A stretch of 64,000 nucleotides of DNA from Acidobacteriota bacterium. GTDB lineage: Bacteria; Acidobacteriota; CAIWXX01. The stretch lies in contig JBFMAF010000042.1 in the NCBI GenBank assembly GCA_040755995.1, positions 37,980-101,979 of the forward strand, in the 5' to 3' direction. The translations under genes were made by a program, and so were the position numbers. Shown here in pieces: positions 1 through 9,096 of the stretch (position 1 is the stretch's first letter; the number at the start of each line of letters is the position of its first letter). The notes beneath the pieces are model-generated. The model had not been told where the DNA came from, did no database searches, and saw nothing but the letters and a program-made list of their open reading frames with translations.

Positions 1-340
1 ACCGCGCCTCGCCTCCATACCGCGCCGAGGTATCGATGTAGTTGATCCCCAGCTCGATCGCGCGCTGGAGGAGCGGCACTGCGATCTTCTCGTTGTCGGG
101 CTGCTCGATTGCGGCCTGGCCGCCAAGACTGAAGATCCCGACTCGGAAACCCGTCTTCCCGAGATTGCGCGTGGGCATGGAGCCTGCCGGCGCCCGATTC
201 TCCGCCTGCATCGAAGTCGATTCGCCGGCCGTCGCGTCAATCCGCCCTACGACGATACCTGCCGCCGCTGCGGCACCCAGCTTGAGCACGTCGCGCCGAT
301 CTAGACAGTGCGTGATTGCGTCTTCATTCTTCTTGGTCAT
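1..340 (-). CDS. Aldo/keto reductase with Tat signal peptide (5' part only; runs off the window)
   Basis: Manual translation: MTKKNEDAITHCLDRRDVLKLGAAAAAG...MPTRNLGKTGFRVGIFSLGG...AIELGINYIDTSARYG. Twin-arginine motif plus the AKR GxxxxDTxxxYG motif; GGAGG RBS upstream. Confidence 0.85.
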   Translation of the reverse strand, partial: MTKKNEDAITHCLDRRDVLKLGAAAAAGIVVGRIDATAGESTSMQAENRAPAGSMPTRNLGKTGFRVGIFSLGGQAAIEQPDNEKIAVPLLQRAIELGINYIDTSARYGGEAR

Positions 341-441
341 GGGCACCACCTCCTACGCTGCCAGTCATACAGTATTGGAGCAACGGACGGAGCGCAAGGG
401 GCGCGCTACCGGGACTCGGCGCGCGAGTCACGGCTCCTCTA

Positions 442-999
442 TCAGCAAGCAGGCATCCGGTAGAGATAGATTCGCGTGGCGAAAGTGTCGCCCAGCCGGA
501 CGACGCGCTCGGGATGCCAGCCGTGCACCGCGAATGTGTGGCTGAGGACCAGAGTGCCCGGGCGCAGCTCCGATTCCAGCTTGGACTTCAGGCGTCGCAT
601 CGCGCCCGTGTAGAGGTAGCACACCACCACGTCGTACTCCGAGAATGAGACCTCGAAGAAATCGCAACGCCGAATGCAAAGATTCGGCGGGCGGGTGATG
701 CGCAGCCGCAACCTCGAGCACAGGAACGGCACCCAAGACACCTCGTACCCGCAGACACGGGCACTTTGAAAGCGGCGAGCCAGCGGGAACGCGAGTGAAC
801 CCCAGCCCGAGCCGAGATCCACGATCGCCCCCGTCAGATCGGCCGGCAGCATCCCCAGGATGGCCCTGCGGGCCAGAGGGGAGGAGGGCATTGGAGAAAT
901 CCCGGTTCTGACAGTGTAGTAGACGATCGACCCGAAGGCGATGAGGAAGGGCAACCAGAGGAGCAACTTCCATGCCTGAATTCCGAACAGAGAGCTCAT
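442..999 (-). CDS. Class I SAM-dependent methyltransferase with N-terminal membrane anchor
   Basis: VDLGSGWG motif I, hydrophobic N-terminus, DVVVCYL and LVLSHTF segments. Confidence 0.75.
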   Translation of the reverse strand: MSSLFGIQAWKLLLWLPFLIAFGSIVYYTVRTGISPMPSSPLARRAILGMLPADLTGAIVDLGSGWGSLAFPLARRFQSARVCGYEVSWVPFLCSRLRLRITRPPNLCIRRCDFFEVSFSEYDVVVCYLYTGAMRRLKSKLESELRPGTLVLSHTFAVHGWHPERVVRLGDTFATRIYLYRMPAC

Positions 1000-1067
1000 C
1001 GAGTCTCCTGCGTCGCGAGGTGGGATGAGCTCGCGAGGCAGGCGGAAGCCATCAGGCGATCCTCATT

Positions 1068-1529
1068 TTACGAGCAGATCAGCACCACAATGGCCTCGAG
1101 TCCCTGGCGATCCACGGCGTCGAACTGCGCCAGGTTCTCGGAGTCGACGTCGAGCACGCCGATCGCCGCGCCGGTCGCGTCGCGCAGCGGCACGACAATC
1201 TCGGAGCGTGAGCGAGCATCGCAAGCGATGTGCCCTGGGAACGTGTGCACGTCCCGAACGACGACGGTCTCGCTCCGGTCTATGCCGGCCCAGCAAACGC
1301 CGGTGTGGGCCTGGAGCACCGGGCAAGCCAGCGAGCCCTGGTATGGACCGACTGTCAGCTCGCCGCCGCGAAGCAGGTAGAATCCGGTCCAGAAGAACCC
1401 GGGCATCTTATGATGCAGCAGTGCCGCAGTGGTTGCCATCCGGGCGATGGGGTCCGTGGTCTTAGCGAACAGCTCCGCTAACTGATCGCGAATCCTCTGG
1501 TAACGGTCCATCTTCTGCGTGCTGTCCAT
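1068..1529 (-). CDS. GAF-domain protein, free methionine-R-sulfoxide reductase (fRMsr/YebR)-like
   Basis: FWTGFY, VGPYQGSLAC, GVC, HIACDARSRSEIVVP and GVLDVDS motifs. Confidence 0.85.
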   Translation of the reverse strand: MDSTQKMDRYQRIRDQLAELFAKTTDPIARMATTAALLHHKMPGFFWTGFYLLRGGELTVGPYQGSLACPVLQAHTGVCWAGIDRSETVVVRDVHTFPGHIACDARSRSEIVVPLRDATGAAIGVLDVDSENLAQFDAVDRQGLEAIVVLICS

Positions 1530-1600
1530 ACAGCTCTCCCCTGGGGTCAAGTGAAATCATAGCACTGGGCACCCTGACTGCGAAGCCCCGCCTGGGCCCT

Positions 1601-2107
1601 CTATCCATCCTGGTTTGCACCGAAGAGGAACTTGCGCAGCAGGGCGTCGCCGGGGAGCATCCGCGTCACGTGCAGCTGCAGATCCGAGAAAAGCATCTGT
1701 CGCTCCGCCGCGAATCGCTCCATCTCAGGCAGCACGCGGAGCCGGTAAGCGTCCCTGATCGCCCTGTTCTCCGTTCGCTCCACGTAGAACCCAAAGCACA
1801 TGAGTCCGAAGAGCAGGACCCCAACCGCGCACACGACGCGGCCCCAGAATCCCGTCTCGATGTACGCAAGGGCGAGGTACGAGGCCACGGTGGCAAGTAT
1901 TACGAACAGGAGAGCAGCGACGAGGCGGCCGTTGTATTGGCCCTTGCCGAGCCGCATCTGCTGCTCCATGGCATCGAGGAAACTCTTCGCGGCCTCCTCT
2001 TCGCGCGTCAGAGGCCGAGGTGAGCCGCAGTATTGGCAGAGCCAGACACCCTGCTCGAATGGCGCGCCGCAGGATTCGCAGACCGTCAACGCGCCCACGG
2101 GCTCCAC
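1601..2107 (-). CDS. Hypothetical membrane protein with N-terminal zinc ribbon
   Basis: CESCG...CQYCG followed by two hydrophobic helices. GTG start chosen after a GGAGG RBS. Confidence 0.6.
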   Translation of the reverse strand: MEPVGALTVCESCGAPFEQGVWLCQYCGSPRPLTREEEAAKSFLDAMEQQMRLGKGQYNGRLVAALLFVILATVASYLALAYIETGFWGRVVCAVGVLLFGLMCFGFYVERTENRAIRDAYRLRVLPEMERFAAERQMLFSDLQLHVTRMLPGDALLRKFLFGANQDG

Positions 2108-2284
2108 CTGCCTCCGTGAGATGGATAGACTGGGTATTCGTCCACAACCAGAGAGTATGATCCGAGTGCGTCGAGTGTCAAGAACCATTGCCTGCGGGAA
2201 CCAGCGTTTGACACACGCGGACGAACCATGGTCTTATATCAGACTGTTCGTTGATAGAAATGCTCATCAAGAGGAGACGCAATC

Positions 2285-3412
2285 ATGGCAGACAAGACGG
2301 CCGATCTCGCGGGCCCTGGCATCAGCACGTACCGTGAAATCGACAGGATTCTCCCAGACGGCTACCGATCAATACTCGACCGCAAGGAGACACAGAAGGC
2401 GCTTTTCCACGTCAAGCGTTTCATCGAGGACGGACTGTGCCGCGAGTTGAACCTCTTCCACATCGAGGTGCCGCTGATCGTCACCAGGGAGAGCGGTGTC
2501 AACGACTATCTCGACCGAGATGGGTCAAGGACGCCGATCGAATTCCCCTGCGGACTCGGCCTGAAGAAGCGCATGGAGTGTCAGGTCGTCCAGGCGGCCA
2601 CCAAGTGGAAGCGGATGGCGCTGAAGCAGTTCGGCTGCAAGGTCGGAGAGGGGATTTGTACGGATATGCGCGCTGTGCGAAAGGACTACTTCCTCGACCA
2701 CGATCATAGCTCATACGTGGATCAGTGGGACTGGGAAAGGGTCATTACGCCCAAGCAGCGCGACCTCGACTACCTGAAAGACACGGTTCGGAGAATCTGG
2801 AAGGTCATAACAGACGCCGAGGACTTCGTCCAAGAGATGTACCCGAAGCTCAAGACCAAGAGAGTTCCGAACCTGCCGAAAGAAATCGTCTTCCTCCACG
2901 CGGAGGATATCCTCGAAAGATACCCGGACCTGCCGCGGAAACAACGCGAGACGAGGATCCTGCAGGAATACCCGGCGATCTTCATCATCGGCATCGGCTG
3001 GGTGCTCGCGGACGGCTATCCTCACGAGATGCGCGCCGCCGACTACGACGACTGGATCACACCCACGACCTCCGAGGACGGCCGGCCGATGCATGGGCTG
3101 AATGGAGACATCCTCGTGTGGAACCACGTGACGAAGCGCCGCCACGAGCTCACCTCGATGGGTATCCGCGTAACGAAGGAGACTATGAAGGAGCAGCTGA
3201 AGCTCTCTGGACAGCTCCGATTTCTCAAGCTCCCCTACCACCGGGCGATTCTGAATGACCAGATCCCACTGTCGATAGGCGGAGGCATCGGGCAGTCGAG
3301 AACGACCATGCTCCTGCTCCGCAAAGCCCACCTCGGTGAGGTCAGCGTTACTGTGTGGCCAAAGGAGTTGAAGACCATCTGCGCCAGGAAGAACATCCAC
3401 GTGCTCGATTGA
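2285..3412 (+). CDS. asnA: Aspartate-ammonia ligase (asparagine synthetase A)
   Basis: KWKRMAL, HSSYVDQWDWE, RAADYDDW, GLNGDILVW and SIGGGIGQSR motifs. Confidence 0.95.
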   Translation: MADKTADLAGPGISTYREIDRILPDGYRSILDRKETQKALFHVKRFIEDGLCRELNLFHIEVPLIVTRESGVNDYLDRDGSRTPIEFPCGLGLKKRMECQVVQAATKWKRMALKQFGCKVGEGICTDMRAVRKDYFLDHDHSSYVDQWDWERVITPKQRDLDYLKDTVRRIWKVITDAEDFVQEMYPKLKTKRVPNLPKEIVFLHAEDILERYPDLPRKQRETRILQEYPAIFIIGIGWVLADGYPHEMRAADYDDWITPTTSEDGRPMHGLNGDILVWNHVTKRRHELTSMGIRVTKETMKEQLKLSGQLRFLKLPYHRAILNDQIPLSIGGGIGQSRTTMLLLRKAHLGEVSVTVWPKELKTICARKNIHVLD

Positions 3413-3559
3413 GCGGTACCCTGCCGCTCGCCCGATGGCGGGATGAGTCTCAGAACAGGCGAGGGGGTCTATCGCCGGCATCGATCCAGACGGGCTGTTC
3501 CATACCGGCAGGAGTGGTGCACGCAGCTGAGGCGCTAGTGGAGTACGGCTGGAAGGCGC

Positions 3560-3582
3560 GCCAGGAGGCATGCCCTCCTGGC
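3560..3582. terminator. Hairpin between convergent asnA and CAP-domain gene
   Basis: GCCAGGAGG-catgc-CCTCCTGGC inverted repeat; no U-tract. Confidence 0.4.
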
Positions 3583-3623
3583 TCACGGCGCTGTTCCTCT
3601 GAGGCAGGGCGATAGGAGTCCCT

Positions 3624-4655
3624 TCACTTCACCCGGAACTCGGTTGTGAGCGGCTCCTGCGACAGCGATGGTATGTAGAGGTTGATACGAAAGCGGCCGG
3701 GATTCGCGACGTGGCCGTCCTCGTGCAGCTGGTCCCATTCGAATCCCTTGCCCTGGCCCGTTTCGATGGCAGGGGTCTTGAAACTGAGATGGAGCCTGTT
3801 GTAGCGCTTCCACTGTCCATCCGCCTGGTCCAGCTTCTGGACGATGTAGTAGCAACCTGCAAGGTCGACGGTGCGGGCGCTCTTGTTCTTGAGGGCAAGC
3901 TTCACGGCCTCCCCCTTGGGGTACTCCGCCTTGTCCACATCCAGTGTCAGCCCGGCTAGACCCGTGGAGCCGCCGGTCGTTGTGGTTCCTGTGCTCGGAA
4001 CCACGCCGGCCGGGTCCGTCTCCTGGCCAAACCACACCACGGCGTAGCTTCCGTCGATCGCAACGCCCATGGCCTGCCAAGAATCGACGATCGAGAATAT
4101 TCCGCGTTCGAGAATTGTGTCTGAATGATCGGTCGAACCCTTCCACTCATTCACGGCGGCAGCTGGTGTGGCCTGGCAGTTCACGCAGACGAATGCGATC
4201 TCGTATCCGCTGCTCCGGTAGGTGGTGGTGATCTCCCCGGGCTTGCTCCACATCTTCGACGCCTCGGAGCTCCCCGTGTAGCACACCGCCGTCCATACGC
4301 CCTTGTCCGACCAACTATGGCGGTTGCAACTGCCGGTGCCGTAGGTCGCCGTGTCAGGATGGTTGGTGTCGAGATCCTTCACGTGGGTGCGCGCCACCTT
4401 GGTCAGTGAGTTGGTGACAGGAACTGCCGGCAGGTTCTCTTGTTGCCGGTACTGATTGACGAGGTCGGCCAGCTGCTTTTCGTTTGCGGTGAGCGCGCTC
4501 TCTTGTCCGTGCGCCTGAAGACAGGTGATGGCGAAGATTGAGATGGATGCGAGACTGGTGGTACAAGAGGCCAGCGAGCGAAAAATGTGCCAGACCCCCT
4601 TGGTACACTGCACAGGCTGAGTGCCGGCGTGTGAGACCGCGGTGATACTCTGCAT
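3624..4655 (-). CDS. Secreted CAP/SCP-domain protein with T/G-rich linker and C-terminal Ig-like domain
   Basis: LVNQYRQQENLP...LTKVARTHVKDL...GYEIA...AVNEWKGSTDHSDTIL...WQAMGVAI...VWFG. ATG at 4655 follows a GGAGGAGG RBS. Confidence 0.75.
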   Translation of the reverse strand: MQSITAVSHAGTQPVQCTKGVWHIFRSLASCTTSLASISIFAITCLQAHGQESALTANEKQLADLVNQYRQQENLPAVPVTNSLTKVARTHVKDLDTNHPDTATYGTGSCNRHSWSDKGVWTAVCYTGSSEASKMWSKPGEITTTYRSSGYEIAFVCVNCQATPAAAVNEWKGSTDHSDTILERGIFSIVDSWQAMGVAIDGSYAVVWFGQETDPAGVVPSTGTTTTGGSTGLAGLTLDVDKAEYPKGEAVKLALKNKSARTVDLAGCYYIVQKLDQADGQWKRYNRLHLSFKTPAIETGQGKGFEWDQLHEDGHVANPGRFRINLYIPSLSQEPLTTEFRVK

Positions 4656-4844
4656 GGTTCCTCCTCCTTCGTGCCCAGTACCGAGGAGATACAGCAGATC
4701 GAAAGGCCTGTCAAACGAGGCCGACGCCAGCGCTAGCGCAAGGGTGACGTTGGCGGATCGGAGGCCGAGGACCGACGGCCTGATCACGGTCGTTGCATTG
4801 CGGCGGAGGAATGAAGTAGGATGCCGGGTTTTGGAGGCAGAGCA

Positions 4845-5924
4845 ATGAACAGCCGGACGCTGCTGCTCGCGAGCCTGCTCGCTGCGGGCACCGCGAGCCT
4901 GCGGGCAGCGGAAGTCTATACAGCCAGGACGATCAGGGTTGGTAATGGGCCGATGGCCGTCTCGCTGGCCGATCTTGACGGTGACGGGCGCGGCGATCTT
5001 GCGGTTGCCACCATCGGAGACAGTCGCCTGGTCGTGCGTGCGGATTCGCCCGGGTCGAGGATCTCGCTGGAGACCAGCAAGGGACCATACTCGATTCTGG
5101 CACACGACCTTAACGCGGACGGCCAGGTCGACCTGCTCATCACATGCTACTTCGAGGACCGCCCGCAGGTGGCGTGGCGACAAGGCTCGCGGTTTCAGCT
5201 GGGATCGCTTCCCAAGGTGAAGGAGGGGCCCGTCGCTGCGGAGATCGTGGAGCTGAACGGAGACGGGCTGCCCGACATCATCACGGCAAACCTGATCTCA
5301 GGGACCCTGGGGTTCTTCGAGCAGCAGAAGAAGCTCCGATTCAGATTGATCAGGAACATGCCCGTCAGCGGACGGCCGACCGCACTGCGCGCGGCCGACT
5401 TCAACGGCGACAAGCGTCTCGACATTGCGGTCGCCTGCTCCCAGACGGACCTCGTTCATGTATTTGTCGCCAGCAAGGACGGTGTGTTCGGCAATCCGCT
5501 GAGCATCGCCGCAGGCATGCGGCCCGCCTCGCTCGCAATCGCCGACTTCAACGGCGACTCGCTCCCCGACATCGCCATAGCGCACAACAGCTCGGGAGGC
5601 GGGACGCTTCTGCTGTCGAGACGCGATTCGCCGGGCACGTTTCAGCCGAGCCGGTCGTTGATCCTCCCGGCCGCGGCCAACAGCGTCGCGTCCGCGGACC
5701 TCGACGGCGACCATCGACAGGACCTCGTCTTCACCCAACCGGCGATCAACAAGGTGGTTCTGCTGAAAGGGAAGGGGGACGGATCATTCGAGCTTCCAGT
5801 GACGATCGGGGTCGGCAAGAACCCGAGCGCCGTGGCCGTCGGAGACCTGAACGGCGACAAGAAACCCGACATCGCCACCGCGAACTTCTCGGACGAGACC
5901 GTTACCGTGCTGGTCCGGAATTAG
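4845..5924 (+). CDS. Secreted FG-GAP/VCBS repeat protein (7 repeats)
   Basis: Signal peptide followed by seven D-[LF]-[DN]-GD-x-x-x-D-[LI]-type repeats. Confidence 0.85.
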   Translation: MNSRTLLLASLLAAGTASLRAAEVYTARTIRVGNGPMAVSLADLDGDGRGDLAVATIGDSRLVVRADSPGSRISLETSKGPYSILAHDLNADGQVDLLITCYFEDRPQVAWRQGSRFQLGSLPKVKEGPVAAEIVELNGDGLPDIITANLISGTLGFFEQQKKLRFRLIRNMPVSGRPTALRAADFNGDKRLDIAVACSQTDLVHVFVASKDGVFGNPLSIAAGMRPASLAIADFNGDSLPDIAIAHNSSGGGTLLLSRRDSPGTFQPSRSLILPAAANSVASADLDGDHRQDLVFTQPAINKVVLLKGKGDGSFELPVTIGVGKNPSAVAVGDLNGDKKPDIATANFSDETVTVLVRN

Positions 5925-6036
5925 TGCAACAACGACGCGCACGCTGCGGCGCCTGCTTGTGAACGACGACTGGGAAAAGCATACTCACCTCCACCTCCAA
6001 CCGGCCCAGCTGAAACGCGGCATGGCACTCATGGGA

Positions 6037-6399
6037 TCAACTCATTCCGAGACTGAGGCGCACAGCGTGTCCAACGCTCTCCATCTCCTCGGGTGTCAAT
6101 CGGCCCCACGGCGGGCCGACGAGTCGGCGCTTACTGATGGTCAGTATCTGCTCGCACTTGACGAAGGAGTCGGCCTTGAGCCCGTTCTTCCGCGACGCCA
6201 CAATCCGGACGTGAAAGGGGATGTCTCTGCCCTTCGACGTCATCGCTATGACTATGGTGTTGGGATAGGCGTCCGAGTGGTCGCCGAAGTCGTTTTGGAT
6301 GACGAGCGCGGGACGGCGCCCGATCTGTTCGGTTCCGCGTCCAGGTGACCAATCGACTTCCCAGATTTCACCGCGACTCGGCCTCGTATGGTCAGTCAC
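6037..6399 (-). CDS. Type II toxin, MazF/PemK family endoribonuclease
   Basis: RGEIWEVDWSPGRGTEQIGRRPALVIQND and GLKADSFVKCEQILTISKRRL motifs. Confidence 0.9.
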   Translation of the reverse strand: MTDHTRPSRGEIWEVDWSPGRGTEQIGRRPALVIQNDFGDHSDAYPNTIVIAMTSKGRDIPFHVRIVASRKNGLKADSFVKCEQILTISKRRLVGPPWGRLTPEEMESVGHAVRLSLGMS

Positions 6400-6640
6400 G
6401 GCGGACGACCTCTGATTGAGCGGGGAGGAATCTCTTGACGTTGCTCTCGTCGGAATCGCGTCCGAGGGCGTCGTATGCCTCCCTCATTCGGCATGCAGTG
6501 TCTTCCTGCGTCATCTTCCTGAGCCCTTCCTGCGCCAAATGGTTCATGCTCACTCTCCTGCTGCGGGCTACACGCTTCACCTCCTGGTAGAGCGGTTCCG
6601 GGACTCGAAGGCTGATCTGATGACTGGCCGTGGCTCCCAT
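6392..6640 (-). CDS. Putative ribbon-helix-helix antitoxin
   Basis: ISLRVPEPLYQEVKRVARSRRVSMNHL RHH pattern; overlaps toxin start; AAGGAGGTG RBS. Confidence 0.75.
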   Translation of the reverse strand: MGATASHQISLRVPEPLYQEVKRVARSRRVSMNHLAQEGLRKMTQEDTACRMREAYDALGRDSDESNVKRFLPAQSEVVRRD

Positions 6641-6666
6641 GTGACACCTCCTTGTGCCATCAAACC

Positions 6667-6677
6667 ATGATATCATA
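6667..6677 (-). promoter_or_regulatory. Palindromic operator overlapping -10 of the TA operon
   Basis: ATGATATCAT palindrome overlaps minus-strand TATGAT just upstream of the antitoxin gene. Confidence 0.45.
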
Positions 6678-6768
6678 TTTCGGTGCCGGTGCGCGCATGC
6701 AATCCTTTGTCCGTTTGTCCCGCTGATCTGCCGGCTGCTCGCGCCGGGCCGTGCGGCGGCGCAGACCG

Positions 6769-7533
6769 CTATGGCAGCAGCGGAACGGTCTCGAACGGCA
6801 CTTCGTCAGGGCGGCCCGCTGCAAACCGCCAGATAGGCCTACGCGGGAGAAATGCCGGAGCCGGCAGAGCCAGGAGCGAACTTGAGACGGTGCCGAACGG
6901 GCTCTCGGTGACGACGTTCATGCCGGCCAGGGGCCCGTCTTCTTCGTCGTGGGCGCGGCTCGCGAGCAGATGCTCCCAGTCCTTCCAGCGCCCGCTCTCC
7001 GGGTCGGGCGGGGCGGCGGATTGGAAGAGCGGGAGGTAGCGGCGGATCCGAGCGCTGCCGGTGTCGTTGCGATCGTATGCGGTGATCATGGATACTCCGG
7101 CCGGCAGTGGAATCGACTCAATCGCACCCAACTCGCCCCGGCCGCGGTTCCTTATCCAAACCGCGACGCGATAATCGAGAACTACCATGTTGAACGAGCG
7201 GTAGGCGCTCGCATCGACCCGCGCGACAACATCTACGGCATCCTGCACAGACTGCTGTGCGAGAGCCTCCAGCACCAATTCCCCTCGGCTCCGCTTCCCA
7301 GCCTCCGGACCGAGCGAGTGGCGGCGATTGAGGATCGCCGCGACAAGCCCGCCGTCGTTCATCCCCAGCCACGTCCCGCCGGCAAGCAGGTCGATACCCG
7401 CGACGACCTGCGGCCTCTCGGGCCAGTGACGTCCCGGCTCAGCCCAGGGGCGGTCTGACATCTCATCGCGGTTCGCAGCCACAAGCATCGGCCACGCGTG
7501 GCCGGGGCGATGGAGGACAACAATGGAGCACAC
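6769..7533 (-). CDS. NRDE/TANGO2 family protein
   Basis: N-terminal MC, AANRDE, GGTWLG and RSRGELV motifs. Confidence 0.9.
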   Translation of the reverse strand: MCSIVVLHRPGHAWPMLVAANRDEMSDRPWAEPGRHWPERPQVVAGIDLLAGGTWLGMNDGGLVAAILNRRHSLGPEAGKRSRGELVLEALAQQSVQDAVDVVARVDASAYRSFNMVVLDYRVAVWIRNRGRGELGAIESIPLPAGVSMITAYDRNDTGSARIRRYLPLFQSAAPPDPESGRWKDWEHLLASRAHDEEDGPLAGMNVVTESPFGTVSSSLLALPAPAFLPRRPIWRFAAGRPDEVPFETVPLLP

Positions 7534-7542
7534 GAGTTCCCC

Positions 7543-8226
7543 TCAGTACGACACCACGATCATCGTGGGCACATCCCGCTTGCGCGCCTTCGCCGCGGCG
7601 ATCTGCGCATCCCGCTCGCGCGAGTACGGGCCCAGGCGCACCTTGTGCCAGCCGTCTTCGACAACGACTCGAGCCGGCCAGCCGTCGAACTGCTCGCTGA
7701 GCCGCACGGCGTTCTCCGGCACCGTGAATGCCCCGATCTGGACCCAGAACGGAGCCCCGGCCGGCGGAGCCGAGAGCACCTCGATCCGGACGCGGGCGGT
7801 TCCCGCGCCCACCATCCCTATCGCGCGCGCGCCAGCCATCGTCAGATCGATGACGCGCCCGCGTACGAACGGGCCGCGATCGTTGATCGTGACAACGGTA
7901 TCGAGCCCGTTCTCGACGTTGGTCACGCGGACGGTAGTCCCGAACGCGTAGGACCTGTGCGCCGCGGTCAGGCGGTTGCGGTCCATTATTTCGCCGCTTG
8001 CTGTGTGCCTGCCGACGAACTCCCCGTCGTAGTACGACGCAATCCCTTCCTGCGTCTCTCCGGGCGATGGATATCGCACACGCACGCCGCGGCACGAAAC
8101 GGACAGCCCCAACAGGCAAGTCATCACGAGGGCGAGTGAGCACCCGTTACGGAGCGGACGCGGAGACGCGGAGACGCGGAGACCCGGTGAAGGAGCTCCT
8201 CTGGGCTCTCCGCGTCTCCCTCTCAC
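7543..8226 (-). CDS. rlpA: Septal ring lytic transglycosylase RlpA (DPBB + SPOR); start uncertain
   Basis: GIASYY...TASGE...LTAAHR...INDRGPF...IDL, C-terminal VQIGAF SPOR domain, lipobox LSVSC. Confidence 0.85.
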   Translation of the reverse strand: MRGRRGEPRGAPSPGLRVSASPRPLRNGCSLALVMTCLLGLSVSCRGVRVRYPSPGETQEGIASYYDGEFVGRHTASGEIMDRNRLTAAHRSYAFGTTVRVTNVENGLDTVVTINDRGPFVRGRVIDLTMAGARAIGMVGAGTARVRIEVLSAPPAGAPFWVQIGAFTVPENAVRLSEQFDGWPARVVVEDGWHKVRLGPYSRERDAQIAAAKARKRDVPTMIVVSY

Positions 8227-8240
8227 CGCGTCTCCGCGTC
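8157..8240. repeat. Inverted cluster of GACGCGGA octamer repeats (REP-like hairpin)
   Basis: (GACGCGGA)x3 followed by inverted TCTCCGCGTC copies; related copy at 45198-45224. Confidence 0.7.
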
Positions 8241-8292
8241 GGTTGCGATACGCATCGAAATCTGAATTGTCAGACCTCGGGCTGGAATGGAG

Positions 8293-8994
8293 CTACTGGC
8301 ATCCGCGGCGCTCGCGCGTCGCTATCTGATCCATCTTCTCCTCGCTCGGCGTGATGACGGCCAGGACCGTTGCGGCGAGCACGAACAGGCCGGCAGTCAT
8401 CGCAACGAACCAGCTCGGGAGCAGCTCGCCGACGCCGAAGCGGGAGTAGAATTCCTGTACGTCAGCGACGCCCTCTGGGTGCACGAACACCTTGGTAAGC
8501 CAGACGGCGCTGACGAAGTAGACCAGGAGCAGGTAGTTGCGCCGCAGGCGAAGTCGCAGCGCCATGAAGGTTCCGGTAGTGAAACACGGGCGGTCGAGGT
8601 CTTCGGCCAGCTCCTCTTTCCATGCCGCCTTCTCCTCCGGGCTGGACGGGCGCAGTTGGCCGGCGAAGTAATGAGCTTCGAGCATGCGCAGGCGCCACCT
8701 GGTGTGGAGCAGGTGGCGGTACCGCCGCGCTTCGATGATGATGCAAATGCCGATCAGGGCCAGGCCCAGAAGAAGGACGAAATGAGGGATGTTAGGCGAT
8801 CCCAGCGCGAAGGTCGTCATGCCGGTGCTCAGCAGAATCGCCCAGTTGCTCGTCGTATCCAACCGGCTGCGCCAGACGGTCATCCGCTGCATCTCGCCGC
8901 GATAGAGATGCACCATCGCCTGGTGGAAGCCCTCGGGCTCGCCCGAGCCTCTCGACAGAGCGGCCACTGGTGCCTGGTGTTCCTGATCGCCCAT
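8293..8994 (-). CDS. DUF2270 family membrane protein
   Basis: HLYRGEMQRMTVWRSRLDTTSNWA, IEARRYR and RLRRNY motifs. Confidence 0.85.
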   Translation of the reverse strand: MGDQEHQAPVAALSRGSGEPEGFHQAMVHLYRGEMQRMTVWRSRLDTTSNWAILLSTGMTTFALGSPNIPHFVLLLGLALIGICIIIEARRYRHLLHTRWRLRMLEAHYFAGQLRPSSPEEKAAWKEELAEDLDRPCFTTGTFMALRLRLRRNYLLLVYFVSAVWLTKVFVHPEGVADVQEFYSRFGVGELLPSWFVAMTAGLFVLAATVLAVITPSEEKMDQIATRERRGCQ

Positions 8995-9096
8995 GAATCC
9001 CAGCCTACCATATTCTCCGGCCCCGAAACCACGCCCGATGTGACATTCACATGACAAGGCAGCAGGGGACAAGGGCTATAATTTGTGATTGTGTCC

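Noticed and set aside
3413..3560. Possible small-gene remnant downstream of asnA
   Set aside because: No start/RBS or recognisable domain that I can support.
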